Virus record (IMG/VR): IMGVR_UViG_3300010399_000032
Strand: one strand, 5' to 3'
DNA length: 64,000 nt
DNA from: a virus
In this document: positions 28,363 through 38,011 of the stretch, piece by piece
Layout of the letters: each line of letters begins with the position of its first letter
Position numbering within the stretch: position 1 is the first letter of the stretch
Notes under the pieces: generated by a model
The model's input: the letters and a program-made list of their open reading frames with translations, nothing else
Databases searched by the model: none
What the model was told of the DNA's origin: nothing
Position numbers and translations under genes: made by a program

Positions 28363-29372
28363 TATAATTTATTTAACCATGGTGATGAAATAACTCCAAA
28401 ATCTAGTGGTACGGCCGGTAGGGTTGAAATTTTTTGCCCTACAGAAGCAGTATCCGGAATGAAGTGGATATCACCATTTGGAGATAGGACTCCACCTGCA
28501 TATGCACTTGCAGTTGTATAAACTAAGGAATAGGTTGAAACCACTCCGTTGATATCTATTTTTTGCCCAACGGGCGCGTTCGTCGGAATGAAGTGGATAT
28601 CACCATTTGGAGATAGGACTCCACCTGCATATGCACTATTAATATCGGTATAAACTAAGGAATAGGTTGAAACCACTCCGTTGATATCTATTTTTTGCCC
28701 AACGGGCGCGTTCGCCGGAATGAAGTGGATATCTCCATTGGGGGCCAAAACACCACCAAAATATGCACCATTAATATCGGTATAAACTAAGGAATAGGTT
28801 GAAACCACTCCGTTGATATCTATTTTTTGACCAACTGTAGCTGCATATGGACCGAAGTGGATATCTCCATTTTGTGATAGAACCCCACCAGCATATGCGG
28901 TAAAGGATGTATAAATCAAGGAATAAGTAGAGACGACTCCTGATGCTGATATTTTTTGGCCGACTGTGGCAAGAAACGGAGCGAAGTGTATATTCCCGTT
29001 CGGATCTAGAGTACCACCCAAATAGGCTTCTGTAATTATGGAATAGGTAGAAACCGCTCCGTTGATATTTATTTTTTGCCCAACCGTTGCTGAATATGGA
29101 ACGAAGTGAATATCCCCGTTTGGAGCCAGAACACCACCAACATGTGCGCCATTAATATTGGTATAAATCAAGGAATAAGTAGAAACCACTGCCTGTTCCG
29201 CGGCATTGAATAATTGCCCCGGTACAGAACTTTTCCTTAATAGATATTGGAATGCCGTAAAGGCTGCTAAATCGGTTCCAATAGATGAATTATCGGCCGT
29301 TGGAAGGATACCTCGACCAACAGTTTGTACATTTGATAGCCATGATGGGCTAATTTTGAAAACATCTGTCAT
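28362..29372 (-). CDS. Repeat protein B, 6 x ~43-aa units (putative beta-propeller)
   Basis: Six units, the last three nearly identical at DNA level; ends PWLNKL. Confidence 0.8.
   Translation of the reverse strand: MTDVFKISPSWLSNVQTVGRGILPTADNSSIGTDLAAFTAFQYLLRKSSVPGQLFNAAEQAVVSTYSLIYTNINGAHVGGVLAPNGDIHFVPYSATVGQKININGAVSTYSIITEAYLGGTLDPNGNIHFAPFLATVGQKISASGVVSTYSLIYTSFTAYAGGVLSQNGDIHFGPYAATVGQKIDINGVVSTYSLVYTDINGAYFGGVLAPNGDIHFIPANAPVGQKIDINGVVSTYSLVYTDINSAYAGGVLSPNGDIHFIPTNAPVGQKIDINGVVSTYSLVYTTASAYAGGVLSPNGDIHFIPDTASVGQKISTLPAVPLDFGVISSPWLNKL
28456..28830. repeat. Near-perfect ~130-bp tandem repeat (about 3 copies) within repeat protein B
   Basis: ggaatgaagtggatat...aactaaggaataggttgaaaccactccgttgatatctattttttg recurs with a 129-132 nt period. 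Confidence 0.9.
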
Positions 29373-30499
29373 AGCTTATTTAACCATGGTGAACAAAGTG
29401 TACCAATTCCGAATGGAAGTGCTGATGTGGTGGAGATTTTTTGCCCAACTGTAGCAGAATATGGAATAAGGTAAATGTCTCCGGCCGCCGTCAATATTCC
29501 TCCAAAAAATGCCGAAGAAGTAGTATAAACCAATGAATAGGTTGAAACTACACCAGATGAACTTATTTTTTGGCCAACTTTTGCAGAATATGGAACAAAA
29601 TGGATGTCGCCGTTCGGGGCTAGAACTCCTCCAGCATATGCTCCAACAGATGTTGTATAAACTAAGGAATATGTGGATATTACTCCTGCAACCGATATTT
29701 TTCGACCAATTGAAGCACTATACGGAATGAAGTGAATGTCGCCGTTCGGGGCTAGAACTATTCCAGTATAATTTGATCCTCCAAGAGTGTATGTGGAAAC
29801 AACGCCGGCCGCCGATATCTTCTGCCCGAATAATGCATTAAAAGGAGAGAAATAAATGTCCCCATTAGGGGCTAGAACTCCTCCTCTATAAGCAATTGTA
29901 GTGGTATAAACTAAGGAATATGTGGATACTATTCCGGCTGCGGATATCTTTTGACCTACTTTTGCACTACACGGAATAAAGTGAATGTCCCCGTTAGGAG
30001 CTATGACACCACCATCATACGCATCTCCAGAGTTGGTGGTATAAGCCAAGGAATATGTGGATATTACTCCGTTGATATCTATTTTTTGACCGACAGCGGC
30101 CGTCGCCGGAACGAAATGTATGTCCCCGTTAGGAGCCAGGACTCCTCCTCTATATCCTCCTGCTGTAGTATATACCAGTGAATAAGTTGAAACCGACCCA
30201 TTTGCTGATATTTTTTGGCCGTTGGCAGCCCCATATGGAACGAAATGTATGTCCCCGTTAGGAGCCAGGACTCCTCCTGTATAAGCAGTACTAGGCTTAT
30301 AAACTAGTGAATATGTTGAAACTATTGTGGTAGAGTAGATAGAGGCCGCGGTGTTGCTCTTTTGTAAAAGATCGGAAAAACCATACCAAGCTTTTAAATC
30401 TGTTCCAATACCTCCATCGTTACCCGGTGGTAAAATACCATCGGTAGTTTCAAGTACATCTTGTTGCCATTGAACGGAAATAATATCTGTGTTAGCCAT
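29369..30499 (-). CDS. Repeat protein A, 7 x ~43-aa units (putative beta-propeller)
   Basis: Seven units; ends PWLNKL. Confidence 0.8.
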   Translation of the reverse strand: MANTDIISVQWQQDVLETTDGILPPGNDGGIGTDLKAWYGFSDLLQKSNTAASIYSTTIVSTYSLVYKPSTAYTGGVLAPNGDIHFVPYGAANGQKISANGSVSTYSLVYTTAGGYRGGVLAPNGDIHFVPATAAVGQKIDINGVISTYSLAYTTNSGDAYDGGVIAPNGDIHFIPCSAKVGQKISAAGIVSTYSLVYTTTIAYRGGVLAPNGDIYFSPFNALFGQKISAAGVVSTYTLGGSNYTGIVLAPNGDIHFIPYSASIGRKISVAGVISTYSLVYTTSVGAYAGGVLAPNGDIHFVPYSAKVGQKISSSGVVSTYSLVYTTSSAFFGGILTAAGDIYLIPYSATVGQKISTTSALPFGIGTLCSPWLNKL

Positions 30500-30500
30500 A

Positions 30501-33500
30501 TTATGTGCCTATGACAGTTGCAGTATATTGATTTGCTGTGGGGGCTGAAACGAATACCAAATTAGCTGAATTTGCTGTAACATAAAGAATATCCGGATAG
30601 ACCAAATAACCACTAGCCCATTCTCTCACTGAAATGAAAATATTATTTGCAAAACTCAAATTGTGGGTAAGGGTGTAAGTTGTACTTGAACCATCGCCTA
30701 CGTTTGCGGTATAAGAACTAAATGATCCACCTCCACCACTTGCGGTACTTGCAATGGTGACGGAATCATTGATCGTATCAGGCGTTAGAGTAATATTTGA
30801 ACCGGCAATGAGAGTAAGATTTGCAGATGGACCATTGGCAATAACTAATGTACCTGCAACATTTATTGCTCCAAAATCATTAGCTGTTGCCGCAGAATTG
30901 GCTTTGGCATATGCACCTTGAGCCGTTATCAAAACGTTATTTGATGATAGGTATGCATTATTCGCCAACACATAAGCAGCATTGGCCTGACCATATGCCG
31001 ATCCTGCGGTTGTATTATCCGCATTGGCTTTCGTGAATGCGCCCTGTGCTGTAACTAATACGGTATTGGCGAAGTTATAGGCATTATTACCCTGAGTGTA
31101 AGCTAGATTTGCCTCGGCAAATGCACCTTGTGCCGTAACCAATACGGTATTTGAGGAATTATATGCGTTGTTTCCTTGGGTGTAAGCCAAATTAGCTTCT
31201 GCATATGCTGACCTGGCCGTGATGTTATCGGCATTGGCTTGGGCAAATGCACCTTGAGCCGTTATCAAAACTGAGTTGGATGAAATATAAGCGTTGTTGG
31301 CAAGAATATATGCGGCATTGGCCTGACCATATGCCGATCCTGCGGTTGTATTATCCGCATTGGCTTTCGTGAATGCGCCCTGTGCTGTAACCAATACAGT
31401 GTTTGATGAGTTATAGGCATTATTACCCTGAGTATATGCCAGGTTAGCTTCCGCAAATGCACCTTGAGCCGTTACGAGAACCGTATTAGCTTGACCGTAT
31501 GCGGCATTGGCTTGATTATAGGCTGAATTGGCTTGGGTATATACCGTAGAAATCCAAACAACGTTGGCTCCTCGCATGAGATACCAGGTATTGGTTGAAT
31601 TGGCATAGAATTGGACGGTTTCTCCCTGATACAACGTAATAGCCGTATTAGCGACCTGATTCTCGATTGAACCAAAAATTTGAGGATAAACCGACAAATC
31701 CAAGGTCGTTTCATTTTTTATTGCAATTCGGGACCAAGTATTTGCAACAGGAAGGATTAATCCTGTATTACCTGTATTTGCCGTCCGGATTTCCTGGAAA
31801 CTATGATTTCCTGAAACTGGGCGGGCCGTTGCTTGGGTTGAACCATTTGCTGAAACAGATACTACCAAAGTTGCCAATGGCATAGCTGTATTTGCAATCA
31901 AGGAAACGGCATTAACTTCTGCAAATGCCGCTTGGGCGGTAATATTTGAGTTATTTGCCTGATCATATGCGGTATTAGCTTGTACATAAGCAGCATTTGC
32001 CTGATTAAAGGCTGCATTAGCTTGGTTATATGCACTGGTAACACCTGAACCACCGGCCGAATTTGCCGTGGCATAAGCGCTTTGAGCCGTTGCAAGGGCC
32101 AAGTTAGCTTCCGTATATGCTGATCCAACAGTGATATTATCATTGTTGGCCATAAGATACGCAGATTGCGCGGTGATTAAGACCGTATTCGACGCATTAT
32201 ATGCGTTGTTTCCTTGGCTATAGGCCAGATTTGCCTCGGCAAATGCTCCCTGTGCTGTGACAAGAACCGTATTGGATGAATTGTAGGCATTATTTCCTTG
32301 GCTGTAGGCTAGGTTAGCTTCCGAAAAAGCTCCTTGTGCTGTAACCAATACGGTATTAGCAAAATTGTAAGCATTGTTGCCTTGAGTATATGCCAGGTTA
32401 GCTTCTGCATAGGCCGCTCGGGCAGTAATATTAGAATTGTTGGCTTGGGTAAAGGCCCCCTGAGCCGTAACCAATACGGTATTTGAGGAATTATATGCGT
32501 TGTTTCCTTGGCTATAGGCCAGATTTGCCTCAGCGAAGGCGCCTTGCGCCGTTAAGAGAACCGTATTAGATGAATTGTAGGCATCATTTGCATGAGTATA
32601 TGCTGTATTGGCTTCAAGGAAAGCTCCTTGAGCCGTCACTAGAACCGTATTGGATGAGAGATAGGCATTATTGGCCAGAACGTAGGCCGCATTAGCTTCT
32701 ATATAAGCACCGACGGCCGTAATGTTTACAGAGTTCGCATAAGCCCAAGCAGTATTGGCCTCAAGGAAGGCACCTTGAGCCGTTATCAAAACGTTATTTG
32801 ATGATAGGTATGCATTATTCGCCAACACATAAGCAGCATTGGCTTGACCATAAGAAGACCCGGCTGTTGTGTTGGCGGACTGTGCCAAAGATTCGGCTGC
32901 ATTGGCTTGTGAATAAGCTGAGACCACCGTGATATTATCGGCATTGGCTTGGGCAAATGCACCTTGTGCCGTAACCAGTACGGTATTTGAGGAATTGTAG
33001 GCATTATTGGCATGAATATAAGCAGCATTGGCTTCATCATAGGCCGGTACTACATTAATTGTATTGGCATAATCATACGCATTATTGGCTAAAACGTAGG
33101 CCGAGTTAGCTTCGGTAAATGCGCCCTGAGCCGTTATCAATACGGTATTGGCCCAGTTATAGGCATTGTTACCTTGGATGTATGCGGAATTTGCCTCAGA
33201 AAAAGCCGATCCAACAGTTACATTAACGGAATTTGCGTAGGTCCAAGCAGTATTGGCCTCAAGGAAAGCCCCCTGAGCGGTTATCAGTACCGTATTTGAG
33301 GAATTATAAGCATTATTGGCCAAATCGTAAGCAGCATTCGCTTCTGTATAAGCCGAAATTACTGTTATATTAGCATTATTAGCCAAATCATATGCTGAGT
33401 TTGCTTCAATATATGCTGAAATTGCCGTGATGTTTGCTGCATTAGCCTGAGCGAAAGCCGCATAAAGGCTAGTATTATCGGTGTTAGCTTGAGCTAATGC

Positions 33501-33806
33501 TTGGGTGGCAATGGAATTTGCAGTATTGGCCTGGTCGTATGCTGAACCTGCCGTTATGTTTACATTATTGGCCTGGTCGTATGCTGACCCGGCTATGGTA
33601 TTAGCTGAATTAGCTAAATCCCATGCGGTGTTAGCTTCCACATATGCGGATTGTGACGTAATATTGACAGAATTGGCCTCACCGAAAGCTGCCTGAGCCG
33701 TCGTGAGTGCTAATTGACCTGTTACAGAATCAGATGATTGAATTGTTGGGACGCCGGCTCGAATTTGTCTCTGGCCGATGGAAACTTTAGTTGTTATGTT
33801 TCCCAT
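30501..33806 (-). CDS. Long fibre protein with Ala/Asn heptad-repeat coiled-coil stalk
   Basis: Dozens of heptads, often as the 28-aa unit TAQGAFAEANLAYTQGNNAYNSSNTVLV; internal globular insert (ANGSTQATA...VYP); C-terminal GDGSSTTYTLTHNL domain. Confidence 0.85.
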   Translation of the reverse strand: MGNITTKVSIGQRQIRAGVPTIQSSDSVTGQLALTTAQAAFGEANSVNITSQSAYVEANTAWDLANSANTIAGSAYDQANNVNITAGSAYDQANTANSIATQALAQANTDNTSLYAAFAQANAANITAISAYIEANSAYDLANNANITVISAYTEANAAYDLANNAYNSSNTVLITAQGAFLEANTAWTYANSVNVTVGSAFSEANSAYIQGNNAYNWANTVLITAQGAFTEANSAYVLANNAYDYANTINVVPAYDEANAAYIHANNAYNSSNTVLVTAQGAFAQANADNITVVSAYSQANAAESLAQSANTTAGSSYGQANAAYVLANNAYLSSNNVLITAQGAFLEANTAWAYANSVNITAVGAYIEANAAYVLANNAYLSSNTVLVTAQGAFLEANTAYTHANDAYNSSNTVLLTAQGAFAEANLAYSQGNNAYNSSNTVLVTAQGAFTQANNSNITARAAYAEANLAYTQGNNAYNFANTVLVTAQGAFSEANLAYSQGNNAYNSSNTVLVTAQGAFAEANLAYSQGNNAYNASNTVLITAQSAYLMANNDNITVGSAYTEANLALATAQSAYATANSAGGSGVTSAYNQANAAFNQANAAYVQANTAYDQANNSNITAQAAFAEVNAVSLIANTAMPLATLVVSVSANGSTQATARPVSGNHSFQEIRTANTGNTGLILPVANTWSRIAIKNETTLDLSVYPQIFGSIENQVANTAITLYQGETVQFYANSTNTWYLMRGANVVWISTVYTQANSAYNQANAAYGQANTVLVTAQGAFAEANLAYTQGNNAYNSSNTVLVTAQGAFTKANADNTTAGSAYGQANAAYILANNAYISSNSVLITAQGAFAQANADNITARSAYAEANLAYTQGNNAYNSSNTVLVTAQGAFAEANLAYTQGNNAYNFANTVLVTAQGAFTKANADNTTAGSAYGQANAAYVLANNAYLSSNNVLITAQGAYAKANSAATANDFGAINVAGTLVIANGPSANLTLIAGSNITLTPDTINDSVTIASTASGGGGSFSSYTANVGDGSSTTYTLTHNLSFANNIFISVREWASGYLVYPDILYVTANSANLVFVSAPTANQYTATVIGT

Positions 33807-34144
33807 TACCTAGTGACTCCTGCATTAACGGTAATTGTACCTTCCAGAACCCTTGTAACATTTCCGCTAGGAGAAGTGGTTATAACATCGAAAAGGTATC
33901 TTTGTGGGAGGATATTGAGAGAATTTGCCGCGGACATAGATAAGGAAATAATACCGTTAGGACCATCCGTAACAGTACAAATAAGATTCGCTGAAATGTT
34001 AGATGAGTAAAATGATCGCTTTAATTGTGATTGTGCCGTGTACCCAACCACATTAATTGCGGTATTGGTTGTATCATCTGTTAAGGTAAGCGTATCATTC
34101 CAATCTGAACCTTGGTCGATAAAAAGATCAATATAGTCTGCCAT
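33806..34144 (-). CDS. Conserved small virion/fibre adaptor protein
   Basis: IDQGSD...GYTAQSQL...RYLFDV...TRVLEGTITV.AGVTR pattern; CCTAAATA at 34166-34173. Confidence 0.7.
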   Translation of the reverse strand: MADYIDLFIDQGSDWNDTLTLTDDTTNTAINVVGYTAQSQLKRSFYSSNISANLICTVTDGPNGIISLSMSAANSLNILPQRYLFDVITTSPSGNVTRVLEGTITVNAGVTR

Positions 34145-34174
34145 TTACTTCTCCATTTGGTGAAGTATTTAGGT

Positions 34175-35146
34175 TTAACCAATATTTTTCACTAAGGTAA
34201 CAAGGACTCTAGGATTTGTATTGGCATCAATGAACGTGTAATAAAAAAGCACGTCCGTAGCACCGGCGGTAGATGATAGATTAGCCGTTAATTTGTTAGG
34301 GAAAACGTAATTATTTTCATAGGTCATGGAAGCTCCACCACCAGCGGGTTGGGTAAAACGTCGTGATCCTGAAACACCAGATTTGAAATTTGTTGGATTT
34401 TTGAGTAGGATATTACCACCCAGGATTAAACTATCATTAAGAGTTGTGCTCATATCAAAAGCTACGTTTCCAGATATACCGGCACCTGTGTTGGCCTCGG
34501 CGGCCGCTGCCCAAATACCAGATATTTCTGCTACTCGACCTACATTATTCGCTTTAAATTGACTTCCTGTTGCCCAGATGGTAGCACCATTTTGAGTGGC
34601 TGATCCTAAGGTATTGGCCTGGGCATAAGCCGCCTGGGCTGTAATATTGGCACTATTAGCTAAAGCATATGCTGAGTTGGCTTCCGCGAAAGCTCCTTGG
34701 GCTGTTCCGGATACTGATGTTACCGAAGCTGTTGTTGCCGCGGCATTAGCACCAGCGAAAGCTCCTTGGGCAGTAGTAAGTGCGGTGTTAGCATCTACAT
34801 ATGCCGCATTAGCTTGGTTATATGCAGTATTCGCTTGCCCATAAACAATGGAAATTTGAGAATTTGCACCATTCCAGACGGATTGTGCATAATTATAAAT
34901 TTGACTGGTTACATTCGAAGAAGACAAATTTATCGCGGAATTATCAGTTATAACCTGGGAAGGAGTAATGGTTATGTAAGTAGTTCCAAATTTTGCCTGT
35001 GATCCATTGACAACCAAAGGAGCACTATTAGAAATCAGATTAAGCACATTGGCCGCGTCCAATGCATTAGACCACGCCAATTGTTGGTTAACCCGGGTTA
35101 ACCAAGTAAAAAATGTATCTCCAACTGATACGTTAGCGAACGCCAT
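34175..35146 (-). CDS. Short fibre / collar-like protein
   Basis: DTF..W N-terminus, Ala/Asn heptads, C-terminal NPTN...G.SG...Q...G...DVLFY fibre domain. Confidence 0.7.
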   Translation of the reverse strand: MAFANVSVGDTFFTWLTRVNQQLAWSNALDAANVLNLISNSAPLVVNGSQAKFGTTYITITPSQVITDNSAINLSSSNVTSQIYNYAQSVWNGANSQISIVYGQANTAYNQANAAYVDANTALTTAQGAFAGANAAATTASVTSVSGTAQGAFAEANSAYALANSANITAQAAYAQANTLGSATQNGATIWATGSQFKANNVGRVAEISGIWAAAAEANTGAGISGNVAFDMSTTLNDSLILGGNILLKNPTNFKSGVSGSRRFTQPAGGGASMTYENNYVFPNKLTANLSSTAGATDVLFYYTFIDANTNPRVLVTLVKNIG

Positions 35147-35363
35147 TTATTAATCCTTCTAGTAGAGCCTTAATATCTTTGAGGTCGTGTTCTATGGTAT
35201 TTACCTTTTCGGCCAATTCCTCATTTTGTGATTTGGCTTCCGTAGCTATTTCAGCTATTCTTTTTTTGCTTCTATATTCAGTAATTTTGCGTTTATCGGT
35301 TTCAACTAGCCCTAGACTATGTGAATCGCGCATCATCGTGGTATCTTTAACTTTAATGAGCAT
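35133..35363 (-). CDS. Small coiled-coil virion-associated protein
   Basis: RD..S..IV..D...Y plus C-terminal coiled coil; position typical after the DUF4815 gene. Confidence 0.65.
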   Translation of the reverse strand: MLIKVKDTTMMRDSHSLGLVETDKRKITEYRSKKRIAEIATEAKSQNEELAEKVNTIEHDLKDIKALLEGLINGVR

Positions 35364-37999
35364 TATAGTGGTAGTGCAATGGCTCTTAGGTTATAAAGAA
35401 CTGGGACATGGGTAGTGTCACTCGAAACTAATACAACCTTTAGAGCAAATGTGTTGAAATAGGTATATGTAGCTGATCCTGAGGTATAAGTGATACCTGT
35501 CTGCCCACCGGCCGTATCCACCATATCATATTCAAATTCAATGGCATCATTTTCAAATGATCCCTCGGTAGATACTCCTTGGGTACCAATTGAGCGATTC
35601 ATGAGGACCCATGGTTTACGAGAAAATGGATCAGGATCAGTTGCAGCTTTGATCTTATAATAAACCAAAATATCAGTGTTATTTGGTCGGTATGCTGTTA
35701 GGAAAACTTTTAGATCATTAGCATCGAAACCATCCGCTAAGGTGACTGCTCGGCTGATATATTTAGATTCGGCTGGCCCACCTGAGAAAGCTGTTTCGGA
35801 AGCAATAGAAATAACTCCGGTATTGGATCCTACAGAAACAGATACATTATCCGTATATCCGGAACCACCCGCGGCCAACTGAATTGAAGTCAGGTAACCA
35901 CTTGAATTGGCATTACCATAAGCTTTTGCCCCAGAACCTGCTGTGGAGGTTATGGTCAAAGGAATATTAGCATTTGCAGGGAAACCGGCTAATGCAGTCG
36001 CAATGGTGAAATCCGATTGTGCCAAATTAGCATTATCAATATAATTCTGGAATGAAATAAATTGACCTGTACTTGGATAAATCACAGGAGAAATTGCAGT
36101 ATCCCCAGTACTCATTGTTATTACCAAATCATATGGTGATGTGGTTGAATTCAAGAGAACACGGCTATCTGGAATGATTTCATTATCGAGTTTATAGGCT
36201 TCCAATGTCTGCCCGGGGAATGAATGCTGGTATGATAGTGAGGTATTACCATAAATTTGCCCATTGAGGTGGGTTAGGAATTTATCCACCACAATATCTG
36301 AACCATTTGCGGCTGGCAGATTTGAAGATAGTTGAACTGTTCCTGAGGTTGCAAACTGAGCTTGATAGATATTAAAGGTCATGACCTCGGTTTGGATGGC
36401 ATCCCAGGTATAATCATTCTTTGATTTGAATAAGCTACCTGAATATGGTGAGGCTGAAACAATTCTATTTGTTCCTAGGATGGTACCACCAAGTTCGGCT
36501 ACGAAAACTTCATATTCCAAACTGTCAGATGAAACGACGAGTGCGTAATCGCCTGGAGGAAGATAAACAGGTGTTGCGAATTTGAAATTGGTTGGAATAG
36601 ATGCATCATCCGAAATATTGACATTTTCCGAAAGTTTTACGGAAACACTTAATGGAACCACTGAGATAGATGATGGATATCCATTCACCATTGGGCGAAT
36701 ATCAACCGTTACTGGTAAGATATTGTCCTTTGATCGGAAGAAAATGTCCAATGAAGTTAGGAACATTGCCGATGTTACATAGAATTGTTGAGCAATTGGG
36801 TCCCAACCTGGATCAGATTGACCAACACCAAATGATCCACCACCTTTTCCACTTGAACTTGAGGTTGCAGGTGGGGTTGATGGTGTTGGGGTTGGTGTAA
36901 CAACAGGAGTTATGGATTGAACGGAAGAAACCGATGTTGATTGCATAACAATCGAATCTTTAGTTTCTTGGATACCAGTTGCGTCAAACTTATAATCTGC
37001 ATAAGTTGTTGCAGAAGATGTATCATTGGATGGATCATCAATAATACGGAAAATTCTTTCACCAGTACGGAACATACCGGCAGGAATATTAAAGATACCT
37101 GAAATTTGACCTTCATCATCCGTATAGAATGTTTGACCAATAGAGAAACTGATATCTCCGGCCGGGGTGAAAATCGAAACTGGGTCGGAAATAGAAGCAG
37201 AAACTAAGTTTGCCAATGTTCCTTGTGCAGAAGACAAGGTAAGTGTCCTAGTGACATTATTAAATCCAACAATATTAGCTGTTAATGGTGGGTGAGCCAG
37301 TTTTTTACCTGGAACAAAGGTGATGGTATTTGAACCATCCGTGCCCCAAAAATTATTGGCCATAGCAACGCTTCGGATAGGAAGTTGCACGGTGTTAGCG
37401 GTATTTGATGAGAACCATGATGCAAGATTACCACCACCGCGGGTTTCATAATATTCAATAGTTCCGGTGTTGCCGCTGCTATGTAGTGTAAGTGTCTGCC
37501 CTGGTAGGAACCGACCATTAATCTGAGCTCCATTGTATAGATGGAACTTTCTCTTACGATCCCGACTATCACCAGTATCTTGGAGAGTCGTATTGGCATT
37601 TCCTGTATCAAAATATCGGCCATAAGCCAGAACAGGAGCAATATTATCTGATCCAGCACCCGCAGTTACAATATCAGCATTGGCGGAGAACCCAACGGTT
37701 GAAATATGCAAAACATTGGTGTTGTCTTGCATCCTGAGATAATCGGATTTGATGATATAGTCTGTTACATCCTGACCATCAAAATTGAACCAGACGCGAC
37801 GATTTGGGCGAAGCCCGCGCGCAATGAATGAAACTTGACGGTTAGGAATATAAGGAATAATAGAAATGTCAATAACACCGTTATCATACTGACTAGTTGT
37901 TACCGTAGTTGTTGTTTTGGTGGTAACAATAGCAGATGGTGAGGTAGTAGTTGACGTACTAACCGAGGTTTGTTTAGTAGTGGTTAAACCTGTTGACAT
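35363..37999 (-). CDS. Large baseplate/structural protein, C-terminal part of a DUF4815/VrlC-like protein
   Basis: PYI..R.VSF.ARGLRPN, FRTGERIF, DPIAQ.F, FLTSLDIFF, PY.GSLFKS and SKYISR.VTL..LR.IA motifs. Confidence 0.8.
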   Translation of the reverse strand: MSTGLTTTKQTSVSTSTTTSPSAIVTTKTTTTVTTSQYDNGVIDISIIPYIPNRQVSFIARGLRPNRRVWFNFDGQDVTDYIIKSDYLRMQDNTNVLHISTVGFSANADIVTAGAGSDNIAPVLAYGRYFDTGNANTTLQDTGDSRDRKRKFHLYNGAQINGRFLPGQTLTLHSSGNTGTIEYYETRGGGNLASWFSSNTANTVQLPIRSVAMANNFWGTDGSNTITFVPGKKLAHPPLTANIVGFNNVTRTLTLSSAQGTLANLVSASISDPVSIFTPAGDISFSIGQTFYTDDEGQISGIFNIPAGMFRTGERIFRIIDDPSNDTSSATTYADYKFDATGIQETKDSIVMQSTSVSSVQSITPVVTPTPTPSTPPATSSSSGKGGGSFGVGQSDPGWDPIAQQFYVTSAMFLTSLDIFFRSKDNILPVTVDIRPMVNGYPSSISVVPLSVSVKLSENVNISDDASIPTNFKFATPVYLPPGDYALVVSSDSLEYEVFVAELGGTILGTNRIVSASPYSGSLFKSKNDYTWDAIQTEVMTFNIYQAQFATSGTVQLSSNLPAANGSDIVVDKFLTHLNGQIYGNTSLSYQHSFPGQTLEAYKLDNEIIPDSRVLLNSTTSPYDLVITMSTGDTAISPVIYPSTGQFISFQNYIDNANLAQSDFTIATALAGFPANANIPLTITSTAGSGAKAYGNANSSGYLTSIQLAAGGSGYTDNVSVSVGSNTGVISIASETAFSGGPAESKYISRAVTLADGFDANDLKVFLTAYRPNNTDILVYYKIKAATDPDPFSRKPWVLMNRSIGTQGVSTEGSFENDAIEFEYDMVDTAGGQTGITYTSGSATYTYFNTFALKVVLVSSDTTHVPVLYNLRAIALPL

Positions 38000-38011
38000 T
38001 TATTATCCTTG

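Noticed and set aside
27232-30499. Repeats as a CRISPR array or DGR template/variable repeat
   Set aside because: The repeats are in-frame coding units with synonymous variation and indels. There is no constant-repeat/unique-spacer structure, no evident adenine-only pattern, and no reverse transcriptase or cas gene in the window.
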